Translations under genes and position numbers: made by a program
The notes under the pieces: model-generated
Database searches by the model: none
What the model was told of the DNA's origin: nothing
The model's input: only the letters and a program-made list of their open reading frames with translations
Part shown: piece by piece, positions 16,403-24,420 of the stretch
Layout of the letters: every line of letters starts with the position of its first letter
Position numbering within the stretch: position 1 is the stretch's first letter
Assembly: GCA_038042445.1 (NCBI GenBank)
Contig: JBBTED010000042.1
Coordinates: 1-33,239, forward strand
Direction of reading: 5' to 3'
DNA: 33,239 nt
Origin: Candidatus Firestoneibacteriota bacterium
GTDB lineage: Bacteria; Oederibacteriota; D2-FULL-39-29; JBBTED01

Positions 16403-19000
16403 TTACCTCGCTAAAATAACCGTGCCACGTTTTTTTATTATTCCTCCGATTTCCAATTGCCACAAATAAAGCCCATTTTCTAATTTATCTCCATTATCTG
16501 CTTTGCCATCCCAGGAAATATTGTTACTTAAATTTCGAACTAACAAACCATTTCTGCTAAATATCTTAATTGTTGTAATTTCATTATTCGGATTATCAAA
16601 ATAAAAACTAACAGAATCATTTGCTCCATCATCATTCGGTGTAAATGGATTTGGATTTGCAAGGACTTCTCCACCATAATAAGTGCTCGCACTTGTAACT
16701 GCCTTTATTGCATATAATCCTGTTTTGGATACAAATGCAGCCATAAATTTATTAATTGTGTCTATATCACTTTTGACTTTTTGCCATTTAATACCATCAT
16801 AATAATATATTGTAAGCTGTTGTGCAGCATTAGCCTCATCAACATCTGTATTAGCAATTTTGCCGTTTGTAATTGTGTAATAAATAGTTATAGGGACAGG
16901 TTTTAAGAAATTTTCCAATTTGCTTCCTGTTGATGCATCTGTCATCTGAAAATTGTATGCAATACCATCAGTAACAGTTGTATCTCTTGTTATAATTATA
17001 TTTACATTTTTATCTACTGAATCAGGTGGCACAACTATTTTGGTTTTACTTCCATCATTCGCTTCAACTGTTATTGTTTCTGTTGTATTTGTCGCTATTA
17101 CAATTGAAACTAAAGCAAAATCTACTGTTGTCGTTTGATTTGCTGAAACACTAATTCCAGTTTTTGTCTGTGTAGTATAACCACTTGCAGACACACGAAC
17201 ATCATAAGTCCCTGATGCTAATGCAATTGAATAATTACCAGTTGAATCTATGCTTGTAGATGATTTTAAAACTCCTATTTGTAATACTTCAACTGTTACC
17301 CCTGATATCGCCGTTGTCCCATCAGCCTTTGTAACCTTGCCAACAATTGTCCCAGTAGTAGTTGTTGTAGTTGTTATACCTGTCATATCCGCCTGAATTT
17401 CCGCCTGTGAAAGAGCCCGAGAGTAGATTTTTACTTCGTCAATAATACCTATAAATCCTCTAGTATCACCGTCATAAGGATTATCTCCAATATCTTCTCT
17501 AATAAAGTTAGTATCCCAATTGAAATTTTGAGAGAATGATGAACTTGCTACTTCAACACCATCATAAAACATTTTTACTATTGCTCCATTATAAGTTAAT
17601 ACAAAATAATGCCAACTCCCATCACTATAATTTACATTATATTCTACAATACCATTTGTTGCTCCTACATGTATTTGACAAGAAATATATTTTTGTGGAG
17701 AATCATTTAGTAATATTATAACATCATTTGAAGGTGCTCTATGCCTATATAAATGTCCTCCATTGTTGTATCCACCCTGTGGTGTAGATGTCTTAAACCA
17801 CATTGATATAGTAAAGTTATTATTAATCCCACTAAAAGGTTTTGAAATATTAATACCACTGTTCCCATCAAAATTTATTGCACCATTAACTTTACCTGTT
17901 GTCCAAGTGGCGCCAGATATTGTTCCGTTATTACTACTACCTGAACTATCCGCAGCAGTACTTCCACTTGCTTCATCAAATTTCCAATACCCAACTAATG
18001 AAGTAAGCTTCCAAACATCATTTTTTTTAGAGCCATCCGCCTCATTTCCACCAAATACAATCATTGAATTATCAGAAGAGTTGTATATTGCCGTATGATA
18101 TGACCTTGCCGAAGGAAGTGTGCCTAAAGGAGATATTTGTATCCAATTTGGTGATGCAGAAAGTGTTAGTTTCCAGACATCGTTTTTTTGAGGATCGTAT
18201 CCACCGAAAATAATCATTGAATTATCAGAAGGATTATAAATTGCTGTATGCAAGCCTCTTGCAGATGGTTGAGTTGCAGGTGAAAGTTGTGTCCAAGTTG
18301 GAGGAATTCCAAGAGAAAGCTTCCAGACATCACTTCTAGCAGGATACCAACCTCCATAGATAATCATAGAATTGTCAGAAGAATTATAAATTGCTGTATG
18401 TGCATTTCTGCCAGAAGGAGGTGTGCCTGAAGGAGAAAGCTGTGTCCAAGCTGGTGAAGAACCAAGTGATAACTTCCAAACATCATTATAGTAAGAACCA
18501 TTATAACCAGCAAATACAATCATAGAATTATCAGAAGAGTTATATATTGCTGTTGGAATTATTCTGCCACCTGGAGGTGTTCCAGAGGGAGATAACTGTA
18601 TCCAAGATGGTAACGCTCCTAAAGATAATTTCCAAACTTCGTTTCCATAAACACCATCATCCTTGCCAGCAAAAATAATCATAGAATTGTCAGAAGAATT
18701 ATATATTGCTGTGTGATATCTTCTTGCGTCAGGGGGTGTACCTGATGGAGATAATTGTGTCCATGTTGGTGAAGCTCCTAAAGATAATTTCCAAACATCG
18801 TTTTTAAGAGAACCCTCCCATCCCCCGAAAATAATCATAGAATTGTCAGAAGAATTATATATTGCTGTATGATTTACCCTTGCAGATGGAAGTGTACCTG
18901 ATGGTGATAACTGTATCCACGATTCAGCAAAGCATAAAATAGGAACAGCGACCATTATTGCAATTGTTAAAACCCAAATATATTTAACCTTGTTAAGCAT
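16403..19000 (-). CDS. Secreted Kelch-propeller / LamG / carboxypeptidase-regulatory-like protein with T9SS type-B-like (gliding-motility) C-terminal domain
   Basis: Signal peptide; six repeats WxQLSPSGTxPxxRxxHTAIYNSSDNSMIIFGG...NDVWKL; LVGYWKFDE...IIDEVKIYSRALS LamG domain; poly-Thr linker; NPNPFTPNDDGAND...IFSRNGLLV...WDG...GLYLW...GTVILAR C-terminus. Confidence 0.85.
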   Translation of the reverse strand: MLNKVKYIWVLTIAIMVAVPILCFAESWIQLSPSGTLPSARVNHTAIYNSSDNSMIIFGGWEGSLKNDVWKLSLGASPTWTQLSPSGTPPDARRYHTAIYNSSDNSMIIFAGKDDGVYGNEVWKLSLGALPSWIQLSPSGTPPGGRIIPTAIYNSSDNSMIVFAGYNGSYYNDVWKLSLGSSPAWTQLSPSGTPPSGRNAHTAIYNSSDNSMIIYGGWYPARSDVWKLSLGIPPTWTQLSPATQPSARGLHTAIYNPSDNSMIIFGGYDPQKNDVWKLTLSASPNWIQISPLGTLPSARSYHTAIYNSSDNSMIVFGGNEADGSKKNDVWKLTSLVGYWKFDEASGSTAADSSGSSNNGTISGATWTTGKVNGAINFDGNSGINISKPFSGINNNFTISMWFKTSTPQGGYNNGGHLYRHRAPSNDVIILLNDSPQKYISCQIHVGATNGIVEYNVNYSDGSWHYFVLTYNGAIVKMFYDGVEVASSSFSQNFNWDTNFIREDIGDNPYDGDTRGFIGIIDEVKIYSRALSQAEIQADMTGITTTTTTTGTIVGKVTKADGTTAISGVTVEVLQIGVLKSSTSIDSTGNYSIALASGTYDVRVSASGYTTQTKTGISVSANQTTTVDFALVSIVIATNTTETITVEANDGSKTKIVVPPDSVDKNVNIIITRDTTVTDGIAYNFQMTDASTGSKLENFLKPVPITIYYTITNGKIANTDVDEANAAQQLTIYYYDGIKWQKVKSDIDTINKFMAAFVSKTGLYAIKAVTSASTYYGGEVLANPNPFTPNDDGANDSVSFYFDNPNNEITTIKIFSRNGLLVRNLSNNISWDGKADNGDKLENGLYLWQLEIGGIIKKRGTVILAR

Positions 19001-19018
19001 ATATATTTTGTAACAATA

Positions 19019-19105
19019 ATGTAGAAGGGTCTTTAGACCCGATTAATTTTATCCGCCTTAGGCAGACAAATTCCTGTTCATTCGCCTCTAAAGAGGCTTC
19101 TACAT
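19019..19105. repeat. GTAG-type REP doublet (REPIN-like) with internal imperfect palindrome
   Basis: ATGTAGAAGGGTCTTTAGACCCGA(19019-19042) and reverse complement ATGTAGAAGCCTCTTTAGAGGCGA(19105-19082); TCCGCCTTAGGCAGA lies between them. Confidence 0.8.
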
Positions 19106-19142
19106 AATAAAAACATTTTTTATTGCAATCTCTAACAACTTC

Positions 19143-20744
19143 CTAAAACTTTATCTGGATGCCCATACTACTGGTTTTTTTGTATTTGTCATAAATTGGG
19201 TCATAAGTCTGACGAATAGTGAAATTTAAACCAGCCCCTCCACTTAAATCTAAAACTAATCTTAAAAAAGCAATACTGAAAGGGCTTTTTAATGTTAAGT
19301 AATTATGGTCTTTATCTAACTGTTGTTCAAATCCTATTCCTACTTCAGAAAATACTGGAATGAATTTTGCAGTGCAAACACCTTCTAATCTAACATAAGG
19401 ATATGACCAGCCACTTATACTGCTGTAATATTTTTCATAAGTACCTAATATATACAGCCAGGAAACAAATCTTGCACCTAATTCTCCATAATAACCCTGC
19501 TTTTTACCTTTATCTTTTGGATAAAGTCCCCAGTCAATTGGTCTGCTTTGTTCATAAAGTGCATTGAATAATCCGGGAATAAAATCAGAAGTGAATTCCC
19601 GGTATTCAGCCAAATAGTCAAAAATGGAAATTTTCCCTTTAATTCCAGGTGCTGCAAATCCCCAGCCATGACTTTTAATCTGGGCAATATCACCGTACAA
19701 TAATAAACGGACAGTATCTGATTGTAAAAGCTGAATACCAATATCACAGCCATATATTGAAGTTTCTTCAACTGATGAAACATTAACTATATCTCCATTT
19801 GCCAGTCTCATCAATTTATCTTTTGCAGGTTCTCTGTCCCAAACAGCAGTTGCACCAATAAAAACAGGAAAAGGTGAAGATAATAATTTATAATAACTTC
19901 TGCCTCCAATTATTCTTGTCCATGCAACATCATTTGTAATTGTCTCTACACCAAAATTTATATCGCTTAAGAAAAAGTCAAATTCTGTGCCCCATTTTCT
20001 GGCAAAAGCAGTAGGTTCCAAATTGGAATATCGCCTCATAATAAAACCATGCCCCAAAGTGACACTGTCAAGGACACCAAGTTTAGCATATAAATCTTCA
20101 CCCTTTTTGCCATATCTTATATGATGAAATGTATTGGTAAATATTGTCTTCCCGTCTTTCCACTCATTGTCTCTTATTCCATCATCATTCCACAAAAGTC
20201 TGATATCAAAACCTACACCCAATTTTTCATAAGTTAATTCTAAAAGAAGGCTTGTCATAAAATAAGTTTTCCCATCAACTGAAATAGCGCCAAAAACCCC
20301 ACCCCAATCAGTTCCCATACCTTCTTCTTTTTCTCCAGCTTTTTCAGTAATTTTACTTTGTTCTTCTGGTTTAACTCCTTCTGAAGGAATCTGTTCTTTA
20401 GATGTTTCTGGTATTTTAGGTGGTTCTACTTGAGTGCCTGGTTGTGTAGGTTTAGTTTCTTCTGTTGGCGTTATTTCTTCTAAATGTGGTTTACCTTTAT
20501 CGGTATCTGGTTTTTCTGGCTTAGCAGGTTTCTCCTGTTTGTCTGGTTTACCGGGTTCAGATGGCTTCGCTGGTTCTGCTCCACCACCTGGCTCACCAGG
20601 TTTTGCCGGTTCTGCCGGTTTAGTCCCTGATGGTGTTTCATCAGGAGGACCTTTCTTTTCATCTTTTGCAGCTACAGCTGTTAAAGAATTAAAAACAAAA
20701 CTCAAACTAATTATTACAGCAAAGATAATTTTTATCTTTTTCAT
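19143..20744 (-). CDS. Putative outer-membrane beta-barrel with Pro/Glu/Lys-rich N-terminal extension
   Basis: Signal peptide, about 115-aa low-complexity EPAKP region, then amphipathic strands and terminal Phe (GIQIKF); SD AGGAG. Confidence 0.65.
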   Translation of the reverse strand: MKKIKIIFAVIISLSFVFNSLTAVAAKDEKKGPPDETPSGTKPAEPAKPGEPGGGAEPAKPSEPGKPDKQEKPAKPEKPDTDKGKPHLEEITPTEETKPTQPGTQVEPPKIPETSKEQIPSEGVKPEEQSKITEKAGEKEEGMGTDWGGVFGAISVDGKTYFMTSLLLELTYEKLGVGFDIRLLWNDDGIRDNEWKDGKTIFTNTFHHIRYGKKGEDLYAKLGVLDSVTLGHGFIMRRYSNLEPTAFARKWGTEFDFFLSDINFGVETITNDVAWTRIIGGRSYYKLLSSPFPVFIGATAVWDREPAKDKLMRLANGDIVNVSSVEETSIYGCDIGIQLLQSDTVRLLLYGDIAQIKSHGWGFAAPGIKGKISIFDYLAEYREFTSDFIPGLFNALYEQSRPIDWGLYPKDKGKKQGYYGELGARFVSWLYILGTYEKYYSSISGWSYPYVRLEGVCTAKFIPVFSEVGIGFEQQLDKDHNYLTLKSPFSIAFLRLVLDLSGGAGLNFTIRQTYDPIYDKYKKTSSMGIQIKF

Positions 20745-20810
20745 TTCTTGTTTTCTCCTATTTTATACGCCCGTCTAACTATTTTTTACAATTCTGTCTT
20801 TCTTGCTAAA

Positions 20811-20838
20811 ATTATACTAAATTCTTGCCTATAGTCAA
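20811..20838 (-). promoter_or_regulatory. Sigma70 promoter for the envelope gene cluster
   Basis: TTGACT(20838-20833)-16 nt-TATAAT(20816-20811). Confidence 0.7.
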
Positions 20839-20899
20839 GTAGTTTTTGCCTATTGTGAACTATTTTTATAGACAATAATTTTATACACTATAGGCAAAA
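20825..20899. promoter_or_regulatory. Array of four TTG(C/T)CTAT half-sites, putative XRE operator
   Basis: TTGCCTATAGT 20825-35, TTTTGCCTATTGTG 20844-57, inverted TATAGACAA 20867-75, inverted CACTATAGGCAAAA 20886-99. Confidence 0.65.
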
Positions 20900-20915
20900 G
20901 ATATGGGGGTAATAA

Positions 20916-21272
20916 ATGGAAGATATTGTAAAAGTCATAGGAAAAAGGATAAAACAGTTAAGAATAGAAAAAGGTTATAGTAAGACACAATTTGCTAAAT
21001 TATCTGGTGTTCATATTGCCTGGATTAGTCGGGTAGAACAAGGGAAACGTGAAACAGGTAAAAGTATAAGCCCTTCTATTACTATATTACAAAAAATTGC
21101 TATAGCATTAGGTGTTCCTATTGAAACATTATTAAAGGAATCAATTGTTAAAAAATATACTTTTCCTTCGGATAAAACAATAGTTGAAGAACTAAAAGAG
21201 CTATTAAAAACACAAGCACCGGAAAATAAAGCATTATTTATTCAAGTAGCAAGGAAAATATTAAGAAAATAA
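20916..21272 (+). CDS. XRE/Cro-family HTH transcriptional regulator
   Basis: IGKRIKQLR...SKTQFAKLSGVHIAWISRVEQG...PSITILQKIAIAL. Confidence 0.92.
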   Translation: MEDIVKVIGKRIKQLRIEKGYSKTQFAKLSGVHIAWISRVEQGKRETGKSISPSITILQKIAIALGVPIETLLKESIVKKYTFPSDKTIVEELKELLKTQAPENKALFIQVARKILRK

Positions 21273-21286
21273 AAATTGCATTATTT

Positions 21287-21715
21287 TTATTTTGTTTCAT
21301 TCTCCAAAATTACAGTTGCTAATTTCACAACTAATTTTATTTGTTCTGTAAACATTTTTACAACCTGCCACCTGAAATTAAGATATCTATGTGCAAGTCT
21401 ATTTCTCTGAATAGCTAATTTTGCTAATTGTTCCTGTTCTTCCTCTGAGAAATTAAAAAATTTACTGCATTTTTTCAAAACATCACTATAACTTTCAGCA
21501 GAAATTCCATTTTCAGCTAAAATGGTGCCAGAAATTTCTATAAGAGCAGTTAAAATATTTTCGACTGTTTTGTCTGTCAATTTTTGTAATTTTTTATCAT
21601 CCTTATAATCCTGCCATGTTTTATTTGCATATTCTTCTTTAAATTCTTTTATCTCATCCAAAATAAATTGAATGGATTCAGCAATTCTGCCTTTTGCATA
21701 TTGAAATTCAGACAT
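21287..21715 (-). CDS. HEPN (DUF86/HepT-like) RNase toxin
   Basis: RNRLAHRY fits RX4HXY; overlaps the MNT gene. Confidence 0.88.
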   Translation of the reverse strand: MSEFQYAKGRIAESIQFILDEIKEFKEEYANKTWQDYKDDKKLQKLTDKTVENILTALIEISGTILAENGISAESYSDVLKKCSKFFNFSEEEQEQLAKLAIQRNRLAHRYLNFRWQVVKMFTEQIKLVVKLATVILENETK

Positions 21716-22154
21716 TTTTTATTGACTCCAAAGTTTTTTTTGCAGCCATAAGCTGCCAGCCTATACCAAAAACATTAAAATCTTCCATATTGTATATAGC
21801 TTTATTTTTTAGATAAACATACTTTTGGTAATCCTTAATAAAAATAGGCTCACCAAGAACTATTGCATTATAATAAAGCATTGGTTTATTAAAATCAAGG
21901 TCTATTGAAATAACATTTACATCTAAATTAATCTCATTGGATAAAGATAGGGATATATCTGTTATATATTCAAAACATTCCTCTTTAGATAAAGACTCTT
22001 TAGAAAAAACAACTGCGATATCTATATCAGAATCTTGTTTTGGAAAACCTCTTGCCCATGAACCATATAAAAATACATTTTCTATTTCATATAAAAATGT
22101 ATTTTCTTTAAAAAATTCTTTAAGATGCTTTATCATCTCTTCTTTTGTTTTCAT
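21708..22154 (-). CDS. Minimal nucleotidyltransferase (MntA-like antitoxin)
   Basis: GS-WARGFPKQDS-DID fits GSX10DXD. Confidence 0.9.
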   Translation of the reverse strand: MKTKEEMIKHLKEFFKENTFLYEIENVFLYGSWARGFPKQDSDIDIAVVFSKESLSKEECFEYITDISLSLSNEINLDVNVISIDLDFNKPMLYYNAIVLGEPIFIKDYQKYVYLKNKAIYNMEDFNVFGIGWQLMAAKKTLESIKNV

Positions 22155-22161
22155 ATACCAA

Positions 22162-22191
22162 AATATAACATTATCTCAATATAGGAGTCAA
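22162..22191 (-). promoter_or_regulatory. Promoter for MNT-HEPN, probably leaderless
   Basis: TTGACT-18 nt-TATATT with a TG extension, 7 nt before ATG 22154; no SD. Confidence 0.55.
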
Positions 22192-22694
22192 GTTGTAAAA
22201 CCCTGAATTAAATAGTCTATAGCTGATAAAATTATGAAAAGGACCATTATTGATAATAAAATATTGCCTACCAGAGAATTTGCAAATCCAGTTAAAATAA
22301 CAATTGCTGTAGAAACTTCAAAAAAAGTCGTGAATTTTCCAAAAATACTTGGTTTAATATCTTTTTTACCTGTTATTAAATATCTAATTATCCAACCAGA
22401 AAGAATTGCAATATCTCTTCCTATAATGAAAAAGAAAATCCATGGTTTTATTACTGATGATATATAGAATAACAAATAAACTGAAAAAACTAAAAATTTA
22501 TCAGCAATAGGATCTAATATTGCTCCTATTTTTGTCTCAATATTAAACTTTCGTGCTACAAATCCATCTAATACATCAGTAATACCTGCAATTAAAAAAA
22601 TAATCAAGGAAATTTTAGAATCATTGATATACAGGATAATAAATATCGGGATACAAATAAATCTAAGGACAGTTAAAAAATTAGCAAGATTCAT
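22188..22694 (-). CDS. CDP-alcohol phosphatidyltransferase (PgsA-like)
   Basis: ANFLTVLR and TDVLDGFVAR...GAILDPIADK motif. Confidence 0.92.
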   Translation of the reverse strand: MNLANFLTVLRFICIPIFIILYINDSKISLIIFLIAGITDVLDGFVARKFNIETKIGAILDPIADKFLVFSVYLLFYISSVIKPWIFFFIIGRDIAILSGWIIRYLITGKKDIKPSIFGKFTTFFEVSTAIVILTGFANSLVGNILLSIMVLFIILSAIDYLIQGFTT

Positions 22695-22705
22695 TAAGGA
22701 TAGTA

Positions 22706-23980
22706 TTATTTTTTATAAACAGCAACTCTATTTTTCCCAGTTTTTTTTGCAAGATACAATCCCTTATCAGCAAAATCCACAATTGCCTGAGCTTCACTCT
22801 CATCATCAGGAAATGTTGCTACGCCTATACTTATTGTCACACCACTATTACTTGACGGTGCGTTATGCTCAAATTTATTATTTTCAACTTCTAATCTCAA
22901 TTTTTCTGCAATATTAATAGCTCCTGTCTTTTCTGTGCCAGGCAATATTATTACAAATTCTTCACCGCCATATCTTGCAACAACATCAGTTTTCCTAACG
23001 GAATTTCGCATAACACCTGCCATATCCTGCAAGAGCACATCTCCATCTAAATGACCATAAGTATCATTAAAATGCTTAAAATTATCGATATCTAAATATA
23101 AGAGAGAAAATTTTTGATTCAATCGTTCTGAGCGTTGAAATTCCTTACGCAATTCCTCCTGAAAATATCTATGATTAAAAAGTCCTGTTAAACCATCTGT
23201 AATTGATGCTTGTTCCATTTTCTCATATAATTTAGCATTTTCAATTGCAATTGATGCCTGATTTGCAAAAATCGTAAGCAATGAAATTTCATCATCAGTA
23301 ATATCTTCTTCTCTAAAATCAATATCTACCACTAACACTCCTCTAACTTTATCCCTTGCAATAAGTGGAATAGAAACAAAATTATCTAAATTCAAGAGCT
23401 CTATTAATTTTTGTTCACACCTATAATCATTTTTTGCATCCTTAATGATATATGTTTTTCTTTCAAGTGCAGTCCTTGGAATTATTCCCAAATTCTCATC
23501 CATCTCAAATGTCTGAGTTGCTATATCTTCAGCATGTATTCCAACTCCACTTGCACCTTTTAAAATACTTTTCCCATATCTCTGTTCTACTAAGAATATA
23601 AATGCTCTATCAAATCTCAACTCCTTGGTTAATTTCTCTAATATCATATGCAACAAATGATCAAGATCCATTGTCCCACGTATAGCTTCTGTGACTTCAT
23701 TCATATATTTTAATCTGGTATTCATATGTTCAAGATATTTTAATGCCCAATAATTCCGCATATCCTTTTGAACAAAAAGCAAAACGAAAATCAGCAAAAA
23801 TCCATATCTTATAAAACCAGATTCTTGCAAAACAAAATCAACTATCACAAATAATGCTATCAATATCAAAAGTGCAAAACTTGAAGTTTGAAGTAACCAC
23901 GGCCCAACTTTAAGCTGTCCTTCTTCTATAAATGCTCCTATTAATTTAAATGGATTCCTACGTATCATTATTATTCCCAC
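22706..23980 (-). CDS. Membrane-anchored GAF-GGDEF diguanylate cyclase
   Basis: 2 TM segments, GAF domain, DGLTGL, DIDNFK..ND.YGH..GD, RKTD I-site, GGEEF active site. Confidence 0.93.
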   Translation of the reverse strand: MGIIMIRRNPFKLIGAFIEEGQLKVGPWLLQTSSFALLILIALFVIVDFVLQESGFIRYGFLLIFVLLFVQKDMRNYWALKYLEHMNTRLKYMNEVTEAIRGTMDLDHLLHMILEKLTKELRFDRAFIFLVEQRYGKSILKGASGVGIHAEDIATQTFEMDENLGIIPRTALERKTYIIKDAKNDYRCEQKLIELLNLDNFVSIPLIARDKVRGVLVVDIDFREEDITDDEISLLTIFANQASIAIENAKLYEKMEQASITDGLTGLFNHRYFQEELRKEFQRSERLNQKFSLLYLDIDNFKHFNDTYGHLDGDVLLQDMAGVMRNSVRKTDVVARYGGEEFVIILPGTEKTGAINIAEKLRLEVENNKFEHNAPSSNSGVTISIGVATFPDDESEAQAIVDFADKGLYLAKKTGKNRVAVYKK

Positions 23981-24420
23981 CTATTTCCTAAATATTTTTC
24001 ATAATCTGAAAAATTATTTTTATACGCATCCAATATTTCAGATTTCAAATTTGGATAAAACGTTAGATTTTTTAATTCAGATATTTCAAAAAACTTTGCT
24101 TCCTTTAAGACTTCCTCTGGAATAAGCTTTAGTGTTCCAGATACAATATCGCATAAAAATGTAAAATTCAATACATGTCTATGACCATCCAATGGAATTG
24201 AATCATTTACAAACATTAATTTTCTCATTTGTATATCTAAATTAGTTTCCTCTTTTAACTCCCGCTTTAATGCAGTTTCTAAATTTTCAGTATAATGAAC
24301 ACCTCCACCTGGAAGCAACCAATAATCTTTTCCGGATTTCATGTGACGCACTAATAAAATTCTATTTTCATCCATTAAGATTGCTGCAACACGTAATCGT
24401 ATATTATTTTCCATTATCAC
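23971..24420 (-). CDS. NUDIX hydrolase
   Basis: Nudix box GGVHYTENLETALKRELKEETNL. Confidence 0.92.
   Translation of the reverse strand: MIMENNIRLRVAAILMDENRILLVRHMKSGKDYWLLPGGGVHYTENLETALKRELKEETNLDIQMRKLMFVNDSIPLDGHRHVLNFTFLCDIVSGTLKLIPEEVLKEAKFFEISELKNLTFYPNLKSEILDAYKNNFSDYEKYLGNRWE

Noticed and set aside
17998..18922. Regularly spaced DNA repeats as a possible CRISPR array or DGR
   Set aside because: They are in-frame Kelch coding repeats; no cas or reverse transcriptase gene, and no adenine-specific TR/VR pattern was noticed.
20916..22154. Prophage or integrative element around XRE and the TA pair
   Set aside because: No integrase, phage genes or tRNA-derived att duplication seen in the window.
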